Shown here piece by piece: positions 1 to 12,426 of a stretch of DNA of 64,000 nucleotides. The notes under the pieces were generated by a model. The model did not search any database. It saw only the letters and a list, made by a program, of their open reading frames with translations, and was not told the DNA's origin. Every line of letters begins with the position of its first letter. Position 1 is the stretch's first letter. Made by a program: the position numbers and the translations under genes. Origin of the DNA: an uncultured Chloroflexia bacterium (GTDB lineage Bacteria; Chloroflexota; Limnocylindria; Limnocylindrales; CSP1-4); contig CAVSMY010000015.1 in NCBI GenBank assembly GCA_963729175.1, forward strand, positions 5,841 to 69,840. The letters run 5' to 3'.

Positions 1-90
1 GAGACGGGTGGCCCGGAACTCGTGATCGAGGAGGGAGTCGACGAGCGGCCCGGCATCCTCCGGGTGGACGATCGCCACGACGAGCTTCAC
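1..90 (-). CDS. 5' end of a YaaQ/DarA-like (DUF970, PII-fold cyclic-di-AMP receptor) gene, truncated by the window edge
   Basis: Reverse-strand translation from GTG at 90 gives VKLVVAIVHPEDAGPLVDSLLDHEFRATRL. This resembles the MKLxxAIV..eDa..L...L....FrvTkL N-terminus of that family. Only 30 codons are visible and there is no clear SD. Confidence 0.4.
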   Translation of the reverse strand, partial: MKLVVAIVHPEDAGPLVDSLLDHEFRATRL

Positions 91-274
91 GGGCGGGAGT
101 ATAGGCAACGACCTGTGCGGGTCGAGCCGGCCGCTCGGATCGCCGGCCCGCGCTGCGACGGTGCGTCGGTCGTCCCGTCAGGCGCGACAGCGACCCCTAT
201 CCGAAGGGTCCGGTGGTCGGTAGCATCCGCCCCGCAACGACCTTCACCGATCCCCACCGCCCCTGGAGGCACCC

Positions 275-1273
275 GTGTCGACCGATGCTGGATCCGGCCC
301 TGCGCTGCCCGTCCTGACCGCACTCGCGGACACGCTCGCCCGGGGGGCGGACCTCGACGCCGTCGCGGGCGAGCTGCTGGCGATCCTGACCGACGCTGTC
401 GGCGCGGATGTCGCAGCGGCCTTCGTCGTCGACGACGACGGATCGGTTTCGCTCGTCGCGGCGATCGGCGTCGGCGACTTCGCGGCATACGAGAGCCATG
501 TCCGGGGATCCGCCGACCACCCGGTCGCGGCCGCGGCCCGGACCGGCGTCGCGGCGATCGGACGACCCGGCAGCCCGCCCGACGGGTCGGCGGCGACGGC
601 CGCCGACCTGCCGCTCATCGTCGGCGACGGCGGCATCGACCGGGTCCTCGGCGTCGTGAGCTTCGCCTGGTCCGGCGAGATCGAGGTCAGCGAGACCGAC
701 GCGGCGGTCCTGCGGATCGGCGCCGACCTGCTCGCGGTCGCGATCGACCGAGCCCGACTCGCATCCCTCGTCGGAGAGCGGGCCGAGTGGCTCGAGCGTC
801 TCGCCCAGACCGATCCGCTCACGGGTCTCGCGAATGCCCGGACCCTTGGTCGGGTGCTCGAGCTCGAGATCCTGCGCGCCGTCCGGCACGAGGGCCAGGT
901 CGCGGTCGCGGTCTTCGACATCGACGGTCTGGGGGCGATCAACGATCGTGACGGACGAGGCGCCGGGGACGATGCCCTCCGGATCGTCGCGGAGGTCGTC
1001 GGCGGATCGGTCCGGCTCGTCGACACGGTCGGTCGGACCGGCGCCGACGAGTTCGTCGTCGTCGCCCCCGGAGCCGGCGGTGCGACCGTGGCGCAGCGCG
1101 TCATCGACGGTGTCGCCGCCCGAGCCGACGGGCGATCGTTCACGGTCTCGGCCGGCATCGCCCGGTTCCCGGACGACGGTGCGTCGGCTGACGAGCTCCT
1201 TGAGGCCGCCCGGACCGCCGTCCTGTCCGCCCGAGACGCCGGCGGTGGGCGGCTGGCGACCGTCGGGGACTGA
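275..1273 (+). CDS. GAF-like + GGDEF-domain protein (diguanylate cyclase family, variant GADEF motif)
   Basis: 332-aa ORF with a GTG start and GGAGG a few nt upstream. LAQTDPLTGLANAR opens the GGDEF domain. The motif reads RTGADEF, with RLVD (an RxxD I-site) exactly 5 residues upstream. Confidence 0.85.
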   Translation: MSTDAGSGPALPVLTALADTLARGADLDAVAGELLAILTDAVGADVAAAFVVDDDGSVSLVAAIGVGDFAAYESHVRGSADHPVAAAARTGVAAIGRPGSPPDGSAATAADLPLIVGDGGIDRVLGVVSFAWSGEIEVSETDAAVLRIGADLLAVAIDRARLASLVGERAEWLERLAQTDPLTGLANARTLGRVLELEILRAVRHEGQVAVAVFDIDGLGAINDRDGRGAGDDALRIVAEVVGGSVRLVDTVGRTGADEFVVVAPGAGGATVAQRVIDGVAARADGRSFTVSAGIARFPDDGASADELLEAARTAVLSARDAGGGRLATVGD

Positions 1274-1313
1274 GCGCCTTCTCGGTCGTCGGGGACCACG
1301 CCCCGGCCGCTCC

Positions 1314-2222
1314 TCAGGCGTCCTTCGGGCCCGACCGGGCCACGCCCGACGACACGACCGGCAGCGTCGGCTTCGTCGCCCCCGGGCCCGGCTCGAGGGT
1401 CAGGGCGACCACGACCCCGGTCGCCGTCGGTCCCTGGCCGTCGGGCAGGTAGCCGACGCCATCCGAGGCGACCGAGAAGTCGCCGATCGCCACAGGCTTC
1501 TTGTTCGAGCCGATGAGCCAGGCCTCGTAGACCTGGGTGCCGGTCGTGGGCGTCAGACCGCGCACGGCGAGCACGACCTGGCCATCCGTGGCGAGCGCCG
1601 CGATGCCGCGCGGGCCGCCGGCCGTTTCGGAGCCGAGGACGGCGACGAGCGACCCGGGCTGGGCGGCGGTGTCGACGACGCTCTTGACCGCGGTCGCATA
1701 CGCCTGCGCCTGATCGAGCTGGCCCCGCAGCGAGAGGTTCCAGGCACCGAGGACGGCGATGAGGAGGACGGCCGCGGCGGCGAGTCCCCAGGCCAGCCAG
1801 CCGCCGCGGGCGGTCCGGCGGACCCGCGCCGGGGGCGTCGGCGAGATCACCCGATAGCCGGCCTCCGGATGGTCCTCCGGGATGAGCTCGACCACCCGCT
1901 TCGGAGCCGCCGGCTCCGCGGCTGGCGTCGGCGGGGCGGCGGACGCGACCGCGGCCGCGGAAGCCGCGGCGGCCCGGCGAGCGTCGAGATCCGCGGAAGC
2001 GGCCGCCAGGAGGCGACCCTTGACGGCGGCCGAGGGCTCGACCGGGTCGAGAGCATCGGCCAGGTACGGCACGACGCCGCCGAGGCGCTCGACCTCGGCC
2101 ATCGCCTCCGGACACGCGGACAGACCGGCCGCGACAGCCTCCTCGTCCTCCGGATCGAGGATGCCGAGGACGTACGGCGTGGCGAGCTCGACGAGCTCCT
2201 CGCAGGTGTACCAGCGGGTCAC
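1314..2222 (-). CDS. Anti-sigma factor, RskA-like
   Basis: 302 aa. N-terminal anti-sigma helix region, one TM (WLAWGLAAAAVLLIAVLGAW), and a C-terminal RskA-type domain (VYEAWLIG...LTLEPGPG). 4-nt overlap with the upstream ECF sigma gene. Confidence 0.8.
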   Translation of the reverse strand: MTRWYTCEELVELATPYVLGILDPEDEEAVAAGLSACPEAMAEVERLGGVVPYLADALDPVEPSAAVKGRLLAAASADLDARRAAAASAAAVASAAPPTPAAEPAAPKRVVELIPEDHPEAGYRVISPTPPARVRRTARGGWLAWGLAAAAVLLIAVLGAWNLSLRGQLDQAQAYATAVKSVVDTAAQPGSLVAVLGSETAGGPRGIAALATDGQVVLAVRGLTPTTGTQVYEAWLIGSNKKPVAIGDFSVASDGVGYLPDGQGPTATGVVVALTLEPGPGATKPTLPVVSSGVARSGPKDA

Positions 2223-2842
2223 GGGCCGGACTCCCTCGCGCCGTCGACGTCGCCGCCGAGGGCGCGGCGCAGGGTCAGCAGCCCGAGCCGCATCCGGCTC
2301 TTCACGGTCCCCAGCGGCGCGCCGGTCCGCTCCGCCACCTCGGTCTGGCTCAGACCGCCGTAGTAGGCCAGCTCGAGCGCCTCACGCTGGACCTCGGGCA
2401 GCGTCGCGAGAGCGGACCGGATCGCCACGGCGTCGAGGCGGCCCGCCACCTCGGCGAAGACATCCGGCAGACGGAGCGGCTCCGGAGTCGAGGCGGGGGC
2501 CTCGGGCTCGGGCAGCTCGGTCGTCGGTCGCCGTCGGCGGACGGCATCGATGGCCCGGTGATGGACGATCGCCAGGAGCCAGGTCTTGACGCTGCCGCGG
2601 GCGGCGGCATACCGATCGGCGTGCCGCCACGCGCCGAGGAAGGCGTCCTGGAGGACGTCCTCGGCGGCCGCGGCGTCACCCGTGACGCGGAGCGCGATCG
2701 CATAGGCCATGGCTCGATACCGGTCGTACAGGATCTCCAACGCATCGAGCTCGCCGGCCGCCACGCGTGCCAGAGCGGCCCGATCGGCGTCGTCGTCGGC
2801 CGTCGGGCTGCGCCGCTGGAGCGGGGCGGATGGCTCGCTCAC
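2219..2842 (-). CDS. ECF-type RNA polymerase sigma-70 factor
   Basis: 207 aa. Region 2 (DVLQDAFLGAWRHADRY...WLLAIVHHRAIDAVRRRR) and region 4 HTH (LSQTEVAERTGAPLGTVKSRMRLGL). Translationally coupled to the anti-sigma gene. Confidence 0.9.
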   Translation of the reverse strand: MSEPSAPLQRRSPTADDDADRAALARVAAGELDALEILYDRYRAMAYAIALRVTGDAAAAEDVLQDAFLGAWRHADRYAAARGSVKTWLLAIVHHRAIDAVRRRRPTTELPEPEAPASTPEPLRLPDVFAEVAGRLDAVAIRSALATLPEVQREALELAYYGGLSQTEVAERTGAPLGTVKSRMRLGLLTLRRALGGDVDGARESGP

Positions 2843-2860
2843 TCCGGGAGTGCGCGCCGG

Positions 2861-3553
2861 TCACGCGTTCGGTTCATCGGCCGTGTCCGGAACCGTCGCT
2901 CCGACCTCGATGCCGAGGCGATCGAGGGTGGCGACGACCGCGGCATGGACGGTGTCGGGATCGGCCGACGCGTCGACGACGACGAAGCGCTCGGGTTCCG
3001 CCGCGGCGAGCGCGAGATAGCCGTCCCGGACGCGGCGGTGGAACGCCAGGTCGAACGACGCCTCGAACCGCAGCTGCTCGTCGTCGGACTTCCGGGCCAG
3101 GCCGACCTCCGCCGGGACGTCGAGCAGGATCGTGAGATCCGGGCGCAGCCCGGCGGTCGCGAAGGCCTGGAGATCCTGGAGCTGATCGATCGGCAGACCG
3201 CGACCGTAGCCCTGGTAGGCGACCGTCGAGTCGGCATAGCGGGCGCAGATGACGATGGTGCCCTCGGCGAGGGCCGGCTCGAGCACCTCGGAGACGTGTT
3301 GGGCCCGCGCGGCGCTGAACAGCAGGGCATCGGCCCGCGGGTCGATCCGGACGTCGGTGTCGACGAGCACGAGATGGCGGACGCGCTCACCGACCCGCGT
3401 CCCGCCCGGCTCGCGGGCGAGGAGCACGGGTCTGCCGGCCGCGGCGATCGCGGCGCGGAGCCGCTCTGCCTGGAGCGTCTTGCCGGATCCGTCGGGGCCC
3501 TCGATCGTGATGAAACGACCGCGTCGACCGGTCGGGGCGCGGGTCTCGGTCAC
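2861..3553 (-). CDS. tmk: Thymidylate (dTMP) kinase
   Basis: 230 aa with P-loop FITIEGPDGSGKT and LAREPGGT. Length and remaining motifs are typical of Tmk. Confidence 0.9.
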   Translation of the reverse strand: MTETRAPTGRRGRFITIEGPDGSGKTLQAERLRAAIAAAGRPVLLAREPGGTRVGERVRHLVLVDTDVRIDPRADALLFSAARAQHVSEVLEPALAEGTIVICARYADSTVAYQGYGRGLPIDQLQDLQAFATAGLRPDLTILLDVPAEVGLARKSDDEQLRFEASFDLAFHRRVRDGYLALAAAEPERFVVVDASADPDTVHAAVVATLDRLGIEVGATVPDTADEPNA

Positions 3554-3697
3554 GGCGCCGAGTGTAGACCGGACTCATCCGTCTGACGGTGGCCTGCGAA
3601 CCAACTGCCAGGCGAGCCGCCCACGGTCGCCCACTCAGACGGATCCGGCACGGAGGGCCCTCGTGGCCGGTCCCGTCACTGCCCTTGGGAGGAACCC

Positions 3698-4843
3698 TTG
3701 CAGATGACAGTTCGACGCTCCTTGTCCGGCATCGGGCTGGTCGGCCTGGCGGCGCTCGTCGCCGCACTCGGCGCCGGCCCGATCCTCGTCGCCGGCGCCG
3801 ACCATCTCGATGCTCCGACCGTCAAGCACGACGGCCGCATCGACATCACCGACCTGTACGTCTTCTCCAACGGGACCGGGACCGCCCTGGTCGTGAACGT
3901 CAACCCGCTCATGAGCCCCGCTTCGACGAAGACGGCGACGTTCCGGCCGTCCGCGCTCTATCAGATCAAGATCGACACCAATGGCGATGCCGCGGCCGAC
4001 GTCGCCTATCGCATCCGCTTCAGCGGCGTCCAGAAGACCGCCAGCGGCGCCACGTTCCAGGACTTCGCCGTCCGCCGGGCGACCGGCCCGGCCGCGCGGA
4101 CCGATGCCTGGGATGGCGCGCTCGTGCTCGGATCCGGGGTCTCGACCCCGTACGGTGGGACCCCGCGCATCTCGACCCTCAGCGGGGGCGGGCGGGCGTT
4201 CGCCGGCCCGCGTGACGACCCCTTCTTCTTCGACCTTGCTGGCTTCATCCAGTTCAAGTCGAAGCTCCTGGCGGGTTCTACCGGCCTGACCGAGCTGCTC
4301 GGCGGGTTCACCGGGACCGACACGTTCAAGGGCACGAACATCAGCTCGATCGTCCTCACCGTCCCGAACTCGATGCTCGGTGGCGCCGGCCACGGCATCG
4401 GTGTCTGGGCGACGACGTCGATCCCCGGCTCCGGCGGATACCACCAGGTCGAGCGGATGGCCCGGCCTGCGATCAACACCGTCTTCAACCACAACGACCA
4501 GGCCAAGGAAGGCGCCAATCGCCTCAGCCCCGTCGACGACCGGGCCTATGACAAGGCCAACGTCATCGGCGTGCTCGACGCGATCGGCCACGTCCTGTCG
4601 GTCGATCACCTGCCGGCGTACACCTCGACCCAGAAGGCGGCGATCGCGAACGTCCTCCTTCCGGACACCCTGACATTCAAGGTCGGCGACAGCGCCGGCT
4701 TCCTCAACGGTCGACGTCTGGCGAATGACGTCATCGACGCCGAGTTCGCGCTCCTGACGAACGGCAACGTCAAGAGCGACGGAGTCAATGGCAACGACGT
4801 GAAGCTGCCAGGGGCGTTCCCGTTCCTGGCCGCTCCCCACTGA
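3698..4843 (+). CDS. Secreted DUF4331-family protein
   Basis: 381 aa. Signal peptide (LVGLAALVAALGAGPILVAGA), then DHLDAP...DITDLYVF and DDPFFFDL motifs as I remember them for DUF4331. Confidence 0.75.
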   Translation: MQMTVRRSLSGIGLVGLAALVAALGAGPILVAGADHLDAPTVKHDGRIDITDLYVFSNGTGTALVVNVNPLMSPASTKTATFRPSALYQIKIDTNGDAAADVAYRIRFSGVQKTASGATFQDFAVRRATGPAARTDAWDGALVLGSGVSTPYGGTPRISTLSGGGRAFAGPRDDPFFFDLAGFIQFKSKLLAGSTGLTELLGGFTGTDTFKGTNISSIVLTVPNSMLGGAGHGIGVWATTSIPGSGGYHQVERMARPAINTVFNHNDQAKEGANRLSPVDDRAYDKANVIGVLDAIGHVLSVDHLPAYTSTQKAAIANVLLPDTLTFKVGDSAGFLNGRRLANDVIDAEFALLTNGNVKSDGVNGNDVKLPGAFPFLAAPH

Positions 4844-4853
4844 CGGTCCATCG

Positions 4854-4880
4854 CCCGGAGCCGGCTCGTCCGGCTCCGGG
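4854..4880 (+). terminator. Perfect 11-bp stem / 5-nt loop hairpin 10 nt after the DUF4331 stop (terminator-like, no U tract)
   Basis: CCCGGAGCCGG ctcgt CCGGCTCCGGG read directly from the sequence. The next gene starts at 4922. Confidence 0.35.
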
Positions 4881-4921
4881 CGCCGTCCTCCGATGAAGTC
4901 GAGCCGACGACAGAGGGACCG

Positions 4922-6321
4922 ATGATCAGTCACCTGCCAGCCCGGACCACGTCGATGCGCGGTCTTCCCCGCCGACCAGCCGCGCTCCTCGCGGCCACCG
5001 TCGCATTCGTCGTCATCAGCCAGGCGGCGTCGTTCGCGACCCGACCCGGTGGGCCGCTCGCGGGGCCCGCCTACGCCGTCGACACCGGGATCGCCGGCGC
5101 CGAGCTCGAACGGATCCGAGGTGACGTCCGCTTCTGGTCCGATCGATTCGCGGGCTCCCCGACCGACGTCGTCGCGGCGACCGAGCTCGCATCGGCGGAG
5201 CTCGAGCTGGGTCGCACGACCGGCGACATCGCCGCCTACTCGGCGGCCGACGCGGCCGTCACATCGGCCCTCGCCATCGTCCCCGACTACCTGTCGGCAA
5301 TCGCCCTGCGCGGCACGACCGACATCGCACTCCACCGGTTCCCGGCCGCGGTCACGATCGCGCAGGGGATCCTCTCGGATCGACCCGCTGATCCCGGTGC
5401 GCTGGGCATCCTCGGAGACGCAAGCCTCGAGCTCGGCGACCTCACGACGGCCCGGTCGGCGTTCGATCAGCTGACCACGATCGATGGCGGCGCGGCGACG
5501 ACGGTCAGGTCGGCTCACCTCGCCTTCGTCGAGGGTCGCACGGACGTTGCAGTCGCGCTGTCGCGGACCGCCGTCAGCGGAGCCATCGTCGATGGCCTCA
5601 GCGGGACCGCGCTGGCCTGGTATCTGGCCCAGCTCGGTGACGTGCTCGCCGCCACCGGCGATGCGTCCGGCGCCCGGGATGCTCGCGATGCGGCCGTTCG
5701 CGCCGCCCCGGACAGCTGGCTCGCCCACGGTGGCCGGGCCCGCTCCCTCGCCGCCGCCGGCGACATCGACGGCGCCATCGCGGAGCTCGACGCCGGGCTG
5801 GCGATCGTCCCGCAGGTCGACCTGCTGGCGCGCCGATCCGACCTCCTCGAGCGACGGGGTCGACCCGCCGACATCGCCCAGGCGGCGACCGACCGCGCGA
5901 CGATCGACACGATCGCCACCCTGGCCAAGGCGAGCGGCAGCGTCTATGACCGCGCCTACGTCCTGTATCTCGCCGACCATGGTCTCCAGCACGAGCGCGC
6001 CGTCGAGCTCGCTCGCGCCGAGGCGTCCGTCCGCCATGACGCCTATGGGCACGACGCGCTGGCCTGGGCGCTGCTCGCGGCAGCGCAGCCGGGCGAGGCC
6101 AAGGTCGAGATCGATCAGGCCCTGGCGGTCGGGATCCGCGATCCGCGGGTCCTGTACCACGCGGGGATGATCGACGCGGCGACCGGCGACACGGCATCGG
6201 CCCGCGAACTCCTCGCCGCCGCGCTGGCGCTCGACCCGGCATTCGATCTTCGCCAGGCCGACCGGGCGCGACAGACCCTGGCCTCCCTGGCCAGCGGTGC
6301 GCCGTCCGTCACGAGCGCTCC

Positions 6322-6325
<4 letters not shown>
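4922..6325 (+). CDS. TPR-repeat protein with N-terminal membrane anchor or signal
   Basis: 467 aa, Ala/Leu-rich with repeated helical TPR-like units, hydrophobic N-terminus (AALLAATVAFVVIS). GAGGGA SD. Stop overlaps the next start (ATGA at 6322-6325). Confidence 0.7.
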
Positions 6326-7985
<1,660 letters not shown>

Positions 7986-8049
7986 CCGAAGCCAGCCACG
8001 TCGCGCGGCGCCCACGCCGACCGCGACCGGCCCTGCTACCCTGCCCGTC

Positions 8050-9498
8050 GTGCTCGACCTGACAGCGCGCGCCCTGGATACGGCCACGGCTCGCGGCGCG
8101 TCCTACGCCGACGCCCGTGTCGTCCGTCGACTCGACGAATCGATCCAGATCAAGAGCGGCCGCGTCGAGGGTGTCTCGTCCGGCGAATCCGAGGGCATCG
8201 GGGTCCGGGTGATCGTCGATGGTGCCTGGGGCTTCGCGAGCACCCACCGGCTCGACCCTGCCGGCATCGACGAGGTCGCGGCCGAGGCGGTCCGGATCGC
8301 CCGGGCCAGCGCGACGGCGCTCCGGGTGCCGGTCGTCCTGGACGATCGACCGCCGGCCCACGGGACGTTCGAGACGCCCGTCTTGGAGGACCCGTTCGCG
8401 ATCCCCCTGGGCACCAAGATCGAGCACCTCCTGGCCGCCGACACCGCGATGCGCCGGACGCCCGGGCTCGCGTTCACCGAGTCGATGTACGGCGCCCAGC
8501 GCGAGTGGAAGACGTTCGCGGCGACCGATGGCAGCGCGACCGAGCAGACGATCACCCATGTCGGCGCCGGGATCGAGGCCAACGCCGTCCGCGGCGACGA
8601 CCACCAGCGGCGGAGCTACCCCGACTCGGGCGGCGGCTGGCAGGGCGCCGGCTACGAGTTCATCCGCGGCCTGGACCTGGCCGGTCACGGCGAGCCGCTG
8701 TCGGCCGAGGCGATCGCCCTCCTCGACGCCCCGCAGTGCCCGTCCGGCCGGTCGACGATCATCCTCGACCCGTCGCAGCTGTACCTCCAGATCCACGAGA
8801 GCTGCGGCCACCCGACCGAGCTCGACCGGGTCTTCGGGACGGAGGCGAGCTACGCCGGCACGAGCTTCCTCACGACCGACAAGCTGGCGGCCGGCTTCCG
8901 CTACGGCAGCGACCTCATCGACATCGTCGCCGACGCCACCGCGCCGGGCGGGATGGGGACGTTCGGCTGGGACGATGAGGGTGTCGCGGCCCAGGCGGTG
9001 CCGCTCGTGAAGGAGGGCATCTTCACCGGCTACCTCTCGAGCCGCGAGACCGCGCCACTGATCGGTCGGCGATCCGGCGGGGCGATGCGGGCCGACGGCT
9101 GGAACCGCATCCCGCTCATCCGGATGACCAACGTCAACCTGCTGCCCAAGCCCGGGATGAGCCTCGACGAGATCGTCGCCGACACCGACGACGGGCTGTA
9201 CCTGAAGTCGAACCGCTCGTGGTCGATCGACGACCGTCGCCTGAACTTCCAGTTCGCGACCGAGGTCGCCTACGAGATCAAGGGCGGCAAGCTCGGCCGG
9301 CTCTTCCGGAACCCGACCTACACGGGCATCACCTACGAGTTCTGGCGCTCCTGCGACGCCGTCGGCGACGAACGCAGCTACCGGATGCTCGGGACGCCGA
9401 ACTGCGGCAAGGGCGAGCCGGGCCAGGTCGGCCACGTCGGCCACGCCGTCTCGGGGGCGCGGTTCCGCGACGTCCAGATCGGTGTCGGCAAGTGGTGA
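8050..9498 (+). CDS. tldD: TldD-family metalloprotease
   Basis: 482 aa with a GTG start. Motif HESCGHPTELDRV (HExxxH), typical length and C-terminal GxC...GG region. Confidence 0.9.
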   Translation: MLDLTARALDTATARGASYADARVVRRLDESIQIKSGRVEGVSSGESEGIGVRVIVDGAWGFASTHRLDPAGIDEVAAEAVRIARASATALRVPVVLDDRPPAHGTFETPVLEDPFAIPLGTKIEHLLAADTAMRRTPGLAFTESMYGAQREWKTFAATDGSATEQTITHVGAGIEANAVRGDDHQRRSYPDSGGGWQGAGYEFIRGLDLAGHGEPLSAEAIALLDAPQCPSGRSTIILDPSQLYLQIHESCGHPTELDRVFGTEASYAGTSFLTTDKLAAGFRYGSDLIDIVADATAPGGMGTFGWDDEGVAAQAVPLVKEGIFTGYLSSRETAPLIGRRSGGAMRADGWNRIPLIRMTNVNLLPKPGMSLDEIVADTDDGLYLKSNRSWSIDDRRLNFQFATEVAYEIKGGKLGRLFRNPTYTGITYEFWRSCDAVGDERSYRMLGTPNCGKGEPGQVGHVGHAVSGARFRDVQIGVGKW

Positions 9499-10850
9499 GC
9501 GCGGGCGATCCGGCGGGCCTGCTGTCGATCGCCGAGGAGACCCTCGGCCATGCCGAGCGGGCCGGCGCGACGGAGGCGGAGGTCCTCGTCCTCGGGGAGG
9601 ATTCGGCCCTGACGCGGTTCGCGAACAGCCAGATCCATCAGAACGTCGCCGAGGAGACGATCGGGGTCAACGTCCGGTTCGTCGTCGGCCAACGGGTCGG
9701 CGTCGCCTCGACCGGTCGTGCCGATGCCGAGGGGCTGAGGCGGGTCGCCGAGCGGGCCGGGGAGATCGCCCGGGCCACCTCGGAGCGACCGGACTGGCCG
9801 GGTCTGCCGGAGCCGGGCACGATCGTCGACGTCCCGACCGCCTACAGCGCCGAGACGGCGGCGCTGACTCCTGAGCTGCGGGCGGACGGCGCACGAGCGG
9901 TCATCGCCGCGGCGGACGACGCGGGTGTCCTCGCGTTCGGGTCGTTCTCGGCCGGCGTCGAGGCGATGGCGGTCGCGAACTCGAAGGGCGTCCGGGGCGT
10001 CCAGCATCGGACGACATCGCAGCTCCTCACCGTCTCGATGGGGCCCGACGGCGGGAACGGCTACGCGGAGGCCTGCGCCGTCGACTCGGCCACGATCGAC
10101 GCCCGGGCGATCGGCCAGGAGGCGGCCGCCAAGGCCCGGGCGACGCGCGAATCCCGTCGGTCTCGAGCCGGGCGACTACCCGGTGGTCCTCGAGGAGTAC
10201 GCCGTCTGCGACATCCTCGACATGCTCGGCTTTCTCGGGTTCAGTGCCCTGGCCGTCGAGGAAGAGCGGTCGTTCTACGAGCCCGGCCGGGTGGTCGGAA
10301 GCGAGCTCGTCTCGATCTGGGACGACGGCGCGGATCCGGCGGGGCTGCCGATGTCGTTCGACTATGAGGGGGTCCCGAAGGAGCGCGTCTCGCTCGATCG
10401 ACCACGGACGCTGCGTCGATGTCGTCTACGACGGCGAGACGGCAGCCCGTGCCGGGCGCCGCTCGACCGGTCACGGGCTGCCCGCGCCGAACCCCTACGG
10501 CCCGTTCCCGCTGAACATGGTCATGGCGTCCGGGACCACGAGCCGCGACGGACTGATCGCCGGTCTCGACCGCGGCCTGCTCGTGACCCGCTTCCACTAC
10601 ACCAACCCGGTCCACCCGAAGCTCGCGATCGTCACCGGCATGACCCGCGACGGGACGTTCCTCGTCGAGGGCGGGAGTGATCGTCGGACCGGTCCGGAAC
10701 CTCCGATACACGCAGTCCTATCTCGATGCGATCGGCGGGGTCGAGGCGGTCAGCTCGACCCGTCGGACGGTCCGGGGATTCCTCGGCGCGGTGGTCGTGC
10801 CCGCGGTCCGGATCGCGAGCTGGACGTTCACCGGCGCGACCGAGCACTGA
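9492..10850 (+). CDS. pmbA: PmbA/TldE-family protease partner; three apparent +1 frameshifts (about 10145, 10397, 10680)
   Basis: A GTG start overlaps the tldD stop. Homologous sequence continues through three frames: ...LSIAEETLGHAERAGATEAEV..., PVGLEPGDYPVVLEEYAVCDILDMLG..., DHGRCVDVVYDGETAARAG...TRFHYTNPVHP..., IVGPVRNLRYTQSYLDAIGG...WTFTGATEH*. Confidence 0.8.
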
Positions 10851-10925
10851 GTCGGCGGTCGGGTCCCCTGGAACCCCGGCGCTCCTCGTAACGGCCCCGT
10901 ACCGAGCCGGTGATCAGATGGCGGT

Positions 10926-12394
10926 ATGGACCGATCACGACGGGCCGCCTGCGTCACCCTCGTCGCCCTCGCCCTCTCCGCGTGCGCGACCGCGCCGAGC
11001 GCCTCGCCAGCCTCGTCCCCGGGCAACGCGGCGTCCCCGTCGACGGCCCTGTCGGCTCCCGAACCGCTGGTCGTCGATGTCGACCTCGACGCGAGCGACA
11101 TCGCGGCCGTCGCGATCCTCGCCCGGGATCCAGCCTTCGACCTCCGCGCGTTGACCGTCGCCGGGACGGGGATCGTCCATTGCGATGGCGGCCAGCGGGT
11201 CGGCCGAGGGCTGCTTGATGCGCTCGGGCTGACCGACGTGCCGGTCGCCTGTGGTCGCGAGACCGCCGGCGGGGCCGCGCGGGCGTTCCCCGAGGAATGG
11301 CGGACGGGCGCGGATGACGCATGGGGCATGTCGCTGGCCGATGCGGCGCCGCCGGCCCATCCCGGGACGGCATCGGACCTCATCCGCCGGGTGGCCTCCG
11401 AGGCGGATCGCCCGATCACGATCTTTGCGGCCGGCCCGCTGACGAACATCGCCGATGCCCTTGCCGCCGACCCGGCGCTGGCGACCAGAGTCGCGCGGCT
11501 TCACGTCATGGGCGGCGTCGTCGACGCCCTCGGGAACGTCGTCATCGACGACGTCCGGCAGAGCGATCGGATCGAGTGGAACTTCGCACGCCGATCCCGA
11601 TGCCGTCGGCGCCGTCCTCGCCTCGAGCCTGCCGATCAGCCTCGTGCCGCTCGACGCGACCGACGACGTGCCCGTGCCCGCCGACCTCACCGCCTGGCTC
11701 GAGACCGACCACGCGGCGGCCGGTGCCGACATCGTCTACGAGCAGCTGCTCCGTCTGCCGTCGCGGATCGACCGATCCCGGCAGCCAGCTCTGGGACGAG
11801 CTCGCCGCCCTGACCCTGAGCCAGCCCGACCTCGTCCGCTGGCAGACGCTCGACCTCGCAGCTGAGACGACCGGGCGGACGGCTGGCCGGATCGAGCGCA
11901 CCGACGACGGGCGCGAGGTGACCGTCGCTCTGGCAGCCGACCGACCGCGGGTCGAGACCGCCATGCTGGCTGCGCTGCGGCGCGGCCCACCGCGTCCCCA
12001 TCCGTTCTCGTTCGCCGGCGACGATCTCCGCGGTCTGGGACGGGACCACCTGCTCCTGGGGCGGGCCGCCACCGGCGAGGGCCGGCATGCATCGGCTGAC
12101 GTATCGAGAACCGCTCGACGGGTGACTCGTACGCCGTCGTCCGTCGTCGTCCAGCGACCCCACACGTGGCAGGAGCTCCTCGACCTCATCGCGGCGATCC
12201 AGCCCGGCACGCAGACCCAGCCGCCCGCCTGGGTCGACATCGCCGGCGGCGTCGGCGCGGCCGCCGGTGCCACGGGCCGATCGATCCTCGACCTGCCGGC
12301 CGGTGCCGGTGGGATGGCCGGGATCATCTGCGCGGCGGGCGACGACACCGCTCCACGGCTCGTCAGCAGCCCACCCGTCGACCTGCCCGGCTGA
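10926..12394 (+). CDS. Lipoprotein inosine/uridine-preferring nucleoside hydrolase family protein with C-terminal extension; at least 2 apparent frameshifts (about 11588, 11770)
   Basis: Lipobox LALSAC. VVDVDLDASDIAAVAIL, FAAGPLTNIADAL and HVMGGVVD are IUNH-like. Reading continues in shifted frames (HADPDAVGAVLASSLPISLVPLDAT..., SQLWDELAALTL...). The end of the C-terminal region is uncertain. Confidence 0.65.
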
Positions 12395-12426
12395 GATGGA
12401 CGAACCAGGGGTAGGCTTCGGCTGCC

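Noticed and set aside
244-2115. Very long ORFs antisense or out of frame to the called genes. Examples: 244-2115(-), 3635-6160(-), 7759-9444(-), 18882-20447(-), 20758-22518(-), 46182-48263(-), 50065-51861(-), 51966-53972(-), 59747-61096(-).
   Set aside because: Their translations are Arg/Pro/Gly/Ala-dominated low-complexity strings with no motifs. This is the expected stop-codon-poor shadow frame of very GC-rich DNA. In every case the other frame or strand has clear homology-type motifs.
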